Below the pieces are notes generated by a model that ran no database searches, was not told the origin of the DNA, and saw nothing but the letters and a program-made list of their open reading frames with translations. 64,000 nucleotides of DNA from Vicugna vicugna (lineage: Eukaryota): positions 3,419,308 to 3,483,307 of the forward strand of contig MU061578.1 of assembly GCA_013265495.1 (NCBI GenBank), in the 5' to 3' direction. A program made the position numbers and the translations under genes. Below, in pieces: positions 58,301 through 64,000 of the stretch. Each line of letters begins with the position of its first letter. Position 1 is the first letter of the stretch.

Positions 58301-58501
58301 TCAATTTAAGGCTGGAGCATGGAATTCCACACCACTCCTCCCGGAAGTCCGAGAGTAGGGAACAGGGCTATTTTTTTTTTAGCCCCCAGCGTGTATGTGG
58401 AGCTGACTCTTCCCGGGCACAGCCCTCCCTAGGGTCTGGAGAGCGTAGCCCCATTCTGAGGAAGAGGCTCAGGAGGCGCGAGGTGGCTGAGCTCTGCGAC
58501 C

Positions 58502-60792
58502 ATGAAGGTCAAAGTCATCCCTGTGCTTGAGGACAACTACATGTATCTGGTCATCGAGGAGCACACGCGGGAGGCTGTGGCCGTGGACGTGTCCGTGCCC
58601 AAAAGGGTGAGGGCAGGCTTTGGGCGGCAGTAGCACCACTCTGAGCCTAGGAATCGTAGGTCGTAACCGCCAGTCTGTGCTTGAAGAGGCTCCCCCGACC
58701 ACACTGCTGGGAGCAGACTCTTCCCCTATTCTTTGATCTCAGGTTATTTGGTGTTTAGGACTTTTCTGATTATCCTGGGTCTCCTATGAGGTTAGAGCCT
58801 TCTCTGGCCTCCTCTTTTCCCTTCGTTTGGTGCCTGTGCCATATACACCGGGTGCTCAGTAATTAACTGCTGAATCGCCCCTACCCACAACCCCATCCTG
58901 GCCTGCTTGGGGCACTGTGCAGCCAATCCTGGCTCCCAAACACAGGCAGCCACCTGGACCATCCGCATCTCCTTAACTCCTGTCCCTTTCAGCTGCTGGA
59001 GATCGTAGGCCGGGAGGGGGTATCACTGACCACCGTGCTGACCACCCACCACCACTGGTGAGCACCGTCTGGGCGGGCTGAGGCACGAGGGTGTCACCCC
59101 AATCCTACCCCAACCACACGTGATTATACTTCTACGCATCTGCAGGGACCACGCTCGTGGCAACGCGGAGTTGGTGAGACTGCAGCCTGGGCTGGTGGTG
59201 CTGGGCGCGGACGAGCGCATCTGCGCACTGACCCGCAGGCTGGTGCATGGCGAGGAGCTGCAGGTAAGTGGGCACCTGGGAGGCGCGGGGAGAACACCCT
59301 GGGCTCAACTGCCTCACAGGCCTGCCTGCCTCTCTGCTGTAGTTTGGAGCCATCCATGTGCGCTGCCTCCTAACCCCAGGCCACACCTCCGGCCACATGA
59401 GCTACTTCCTTTGGGAAGACGAGTGTCTGGACCCACCTGCTGTTTTCTCAGGTTCGCACTGCCCTGCGCCCACCTGCCCCACCTCCCCTTGTCCCCTTCC
59501 ACCTTCTCTGACCTGGCCAACTCTCCAGGGGATGCACTGTCCGTGGCCGGCTGTGGCTCACGCCTGGAAAGCACAGCTCAGCAGATGTACCAGAGCTTGG
59601 TGGAGACCCTGGGCACCCTGCCCCCTGAGACAGTGAGCAGCCTGTCCCTTACCCTCACGGGGCCCAGCCTCTCACATAACCCGCGTACTCTGCACCTGCC
59701 TTGTGCTGGGGTTCAGAATGAGTGCTGGCCAGTTGAAGGAGTGGGCGGGCCAGGTGTGGGGGGAGGGGTACAGGGGTGTGTGGAGGGGCCAGAGGGGTGA
59801 GTGCCTCTGCTCACCTCTGCCTGCGGTGGCGCTGTGCACCTCAAGTGCCTCCTTTCTCCAGAAGGTGTTCTGTGGTCATGAGCATACGCTGGGCAATCTC
59901 GAGTTTGCACAAAAAGTGGAGCCCTGCAACGATCACGTGAGGGCCAAGCTGTCCTGGGCCAAGGTGTGGGGACTCCTCCCCTCTTGATCGCAAGGCTGGA
60001 GGGTGGGGCAGGAGTGGGTCCAGGAAGGGCATTGCTGGGGGAGTCAGCCATGGGCATGCTGCCAGCCAAAGCTCCCACTGGTGAAGGGAGGGGTTGGTGG
60101 CCTTGGGTAGGGAACTGGGCAGCCTCTAGGATTGGCCCACGAGTGCCTGCCCTCAGGGTCTAGCCTCCAGCCCCGAGGCTGGGGGTGAGCTGGGTCAAGC
60201 TGCCTGGAACTGCCAGATAAGGCTGTGACAAGGGCCTGTGGTCATTCCAGAAGAGGGATGAGGATGACGTGCCCACGGTGCCGTCGACCCTGGGCGAGGA
60301 ACTTCTATATAACCCCTTCCTGAGGGTGGCGTGAGTACTGGCCAGCATCCCGGGCCTTCCTGTGGGGCAAGCTGGGGAGCACGTGGCAAGGCCTATGCCT
60401 GTGTGTCTCGGGAGGACCTCTGCCCTCTCCAGGGGCCGTGCTGCAGGACAGGCTGGCACAGGGCCGGACTGTTATCCTCTGGGCCTCCCTGGCAGTCTGG
60501 GACACTGAGGGAGGTGCTGGGGGATCGGTTATTTGGCTGTCTGGCACCAGGGAGAGGCTGCTCTTTAAGTGCCCTCTGCCTAGCAGTTCTCTGGAAACCC
60601 CCATGGTGCCCCTCTCCCTGCAGAGAGGAGCCTGTGCGCAAGTTCACAGGGAAGGTGGCCCCAGCCGAGGTCCTGGAAGTGCTCTGCAGGGAGCGCGCGA
60701 GCTTTGAGAGGGCAGCTGAGCCGCTGCAGCCACAGGCCCGGGCACTCCTCGCACTGCAGTGGGGGCTTCTGAGCACGCCCCAACAGAAGTGA
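58502..60792 (+). CDS. HAGHL: Hydroxyacylglutathione hydrolase-like protein (metallo-beta-lactamase fold), complete, 283 aa
   Basis: Coding exons 58502-58606, 58993-59057, 59146-59263, 59343-59451, 59529-59632, 59862-59963, 60251-60330, 60624-60792 (852 nt). [13 protein letters not shown], metal motif [43 protein letters not shown] at 60982-60987. Confidence 0.95.
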
Positions 60793-61827
60793 GCCCTGCA
60801 CGGGCCAGGCCACACGTCCCTCCTCTCTCAACCTGTCTCAACCCTGCCCAGCCTCAGAGGGTGGGCATTCTGGCACTTCCTGGCGGTGGACACCCAGACC
60901 CCTCTCTGGGCTACAGTGAGTTCCAAGACCTGGATGTTTGGGAGGCAGCCTACTGGGGTGCACTGGGCTCCTGAACTTATGAATAAAGCTGTGAAAGGCC
61001 TTTCTTGATGGTGGCAGACACTCTTGGAGAGAAGCAGTTTTCAGATAGAGTTCCCTTTACTAGACATGAGCTCCTTGGGGGCAAGCTTGGCTGGCTGAAC
61101 CCAATTGGCCCACCCCCTGCCCTATACGTGGGGATCCAGCTGTGGACATAGGACTCAGCCTGAAAGACCACTAAGGCCTGACACTAACAGAGCCTGCCTC
61201 CCACAAGGACTCAGCCCCCAAAATGCAGGTTCTCAGGCCCCAGAGGCCACAGCTTTGTAGAACACCTGGTTCTAGATGGGGGTCAGGGGGACCCACGCCC
61301 AGGTAGGGTGTCATGGACCAGGTGCCTGTCTCCAGCCAGTGTTCTCTGCTGCCCAGTGTGGCAGAGTTCCCCCGCTCTGCTGTGAGCTCAACCAACTGGG
61401 CAGGTTCAGCTTGTTACCACCCTCCATATCCCAACTTGGACTGACTCTGGAAGTGAGGGATGAGGAACCCCCTCTTGCTCTGCCTTAAGCTCCCCATGGG
61501 ACTAGCTGAAACCCTCACAGCTCAGGCCACCACAGCCAGGAGCCAGAGCACTGATCTGGGCTCCAGGCCCATAGAGAGGTTCAGAAGTTGGTGAAACCTC
61601 CAGGCCCCTGCAGTGCAGAGTCCAGGTGAGTGCAGGCTGGAGGTCACCTTTACTGACTGTGGGTCCTGAATCCCATTTCTATGTGGGTTCCAATGTCCCT
61701 GTAGCTCACCCAGCATTTTCAGGGCAAGCCCTGGGGTCTTGGAGTGACTTCCCTGCTGGAGACTCCACACGTCTTGCTGGGAATCCTGGTACTGGCTGCG
61801 GTGGGCCCGGCAGACACTGGAGGCCTC

Positions 61828-63974
61828 CTACCACCTGATGCTAAGGCCAGAGCCAGCCTTCTCCACTGCGTGGTAGCTTGTGTGCAGCAGGCGGCTGGCC
61901 CTCTCTGAGCCCTCACCCTGCAGCCAGTGCTCATACAGCTCCTGGATCCCGGGCGCTTCCTCTGGCACCTCTGTCCTGACCATGCTGTACAGCCTCTCAA
62001 CCTGCTGCAGAAGCTCCTTGCCAGGCCTGTCGGGAGCCTTGAGCTGGCCTCCGCCATTCAAGCAGCCTGTGGCAGAGAAGGACAGGCAAGAGTATGGTCA
62101 TGGGAAGGGCATCGTCACCTGGCGGTCCCAGAGGGCCCCACCCTGTCTGCGCACCTGCGGGGCAGGCCATGACCTCCACGTAGTGGTATGGGCAGCGCCC
62201 CCTCTTGAGTTTCTGCACCAGGTTCTGGATGTTGCGGAAGCCATAGGCCACAGCAAAGTGCAGCAGGACCTGACCCTCCCTCTCCAGAGTCACTTCCTGC
62301 AGGTCCTTGTTCCTGGGGGAGCACAGACCCGGTTGTCCACACAGTGTGCCCAGTCCCTCCTGGGTGGGGACAGTGACAGAGGAGGGTAGAAAACTCACTT
62401 CCACGAGCTGGGCAGGTGACCTTACACCCAGCCTTGGTTTCCTGGTCTGACATGGAGGCCCCAGCCCTCCCACCGAGGACATGGGGACACACCCTGTGCC
62501 AGGAACACTGTCCTGCCACCACGGGCTACTCAGGGCCCTGGACCACCATGCTGTGGGTAAGGACATCGACTCCTACGATGAGGAGACTGAGGACTAGAGA
62601 CTTTGGCCCTTTCATGTGAGCTTCCTGGTGCCCCAAGGTCCATGCCAAGCCCACCCTGATATCCTCCTCCATGCCTACTGCAGTGAGGGGACCTGGAGCT
62701 CCAGCTGCCCCATTCCCCAAGCTCCAGCTTTTGCCACTGACCTCAGGGGTCTGTAGGTGACCTCAGTCACGTGGATTCCAAAGAGCTCCTGGGCTGCATG
62801 CCGGAACACGTGCTCCAGGTAGCCCCCCGAGCCCCCACCCCGATGGCTGGTGGGCTCCTGGGGGGACACGCTGCTGTACCTGGGGAGGAGGGCATGGCCT
62901 CAGGTGGTACTGGGGCTGCTGTCTGCTGAGGCTTCTGGGTAACCTCTGTCTCTCAGGTTTGAGAGCATTTGCTAAGTGGAAAATGAGTCATGGACCACAG
63001 GGGCTTTGTGGCCCTGTCAGGAGGCAGCTCATGGGGAAAGGCCTGTCCCCTCCATCATGTCACCTGTTCTGGGGAGCTGAGACCTGTATGAAGTTGGGGT
63101 CAGCTCTGATGACTATCAGCCAATTGTCCACAGGCCTGTCTCATGAACTCAACTGTCTCTGTGGACACCAAGACATACCACGGGGCAGAAGCAAAACCAA
63201 TCAGAAAGGAGCCATGGCAGAGAAGGCAGGAAGGGACAGTGCCTAGCCCCACATTGTCACATCTCCTGCCCACCAGGACACCCATGACCCTAACATCTTG
63301 AGCACCCTGATGCTGGAAATACTTCCTGCCCCTCCACCGTGACAGGTGGTAACTTACAGACTGTCCAGGGGAGCTGGCTCCAGGTCTGACAGTGAGACTC
63401 CTTCTTCTTCCAGCAGCTTCAAAACTTCTCCTGTGATGAAACCACAGAACACGCTCTTCAGCTGAATCTCAAGGAAAACAAGAGTCAGTTCAAGAACACC
63501 CACATCACCTGCATCCACAGCAATCTGTGACCTGGACACAGAGGCCACGTGTCCACCCCTGGCTCGTGGGTAGAGGGTGAACCCAGCCACAGAGGCAGGG
63601 TGGATGCACCGTCCCCAGGGCGCCTCACAGTGCACCTGGAGGTGGGCAGGGCACTGTGTCCCTGGAGGGCAACCATCCCTCAAGCTATCTGGCTGCCGGA
63701 AGGGTGTTCATTTCTCTGCCTTTTAAGCACTTGAGAGCCTGTGAGGCTGCTCAACTCAGAGATGGGGTGACCGACGTGAGCCAGAGGAGCTGTGCCAGGG
63801 CCTGCGCTGGGGACACAGCACCAGCTGGGCTCAGGGATCTGCACCTGTTGTGATGACACAATCCACATCGCGCGACTGGTGTTCCTGGCTGAAAAAGTCG
63901 GGTCTGGAAGCTTCCAGCTTTTTGTCGTAGCAGGGCATCACCGTCACGTGGTAGATCTTGTCGGGGGTCAAACG
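61828..63974 (-). CDS. CIAO3: Cytosolic Fe-S assembly component 3 (NARFL/IOP1), last 5 exons; 5' part lies outside the window
   Basis: Exons 63974-63845, 63430-63358, 62879-62742, 62312-62155, 62066-61828. Hydrogenase-like motifs [54 protein letters not shown]; ends GLSIRW*. Confidence 0.96.
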
Positions 63975-64000
63975 CTGCATGGAGAAACGTGACTGTGGAG

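Overview
GC-rich, gene-dense mammalian genomic DNA, syntenic with human chr16p13.3. It has no Alu, pig PRE-1 or ruminant Bov-A SINEs that I can recognise, and a young L1 3' end looks cetartiodactyl, so a camelid is plausible (low confidence). Gene order, with exons traced by hand from GT/AG boundaries and reading frame: WDR90 (3' part, +), RHOT2 (+), RHBDL1 (+), an unnamed 5-exon locus (-), STUB1 (+), JMJD8 (-), WDR24 (-), FBXL16 (-), METRN (+), ANTKMT/FAM173A (+), CCDC78 (-), HAGHL (+), CIAO3/NARFL (3' part, -). There are three assembly gaps. The main find is the hidden gene at 16465-17739 (-), head-to-head with STUB1. It encodes a ~231-232 aa helix-hairpin-helix (DNA-glycosylase-like, Amun-type) protein. 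All 8 splice sites, the Kozak context, a C-terminal NLS-like motif and a polyA signal are intact, but it carries one frameshift and one TGG>TAG nonsense codon, so it looks like a recently disabled unitary pseudogene (or assembly errors). Other notable items: four RFX X-boxes at an exact 17-bp period inside a multi-motif enhancer; a 16-bp E-box minisatellite; tandem REST/RE1 sites in FBXL16 intron 1; an AUGA-chained uORF cascade in FBXL16; a candidate precise intron loss in WDR24; and a dual-frame 3' end in CCDC78. Gene names and cross-species comparisons come from my recall of the orthologs, not from database searches.
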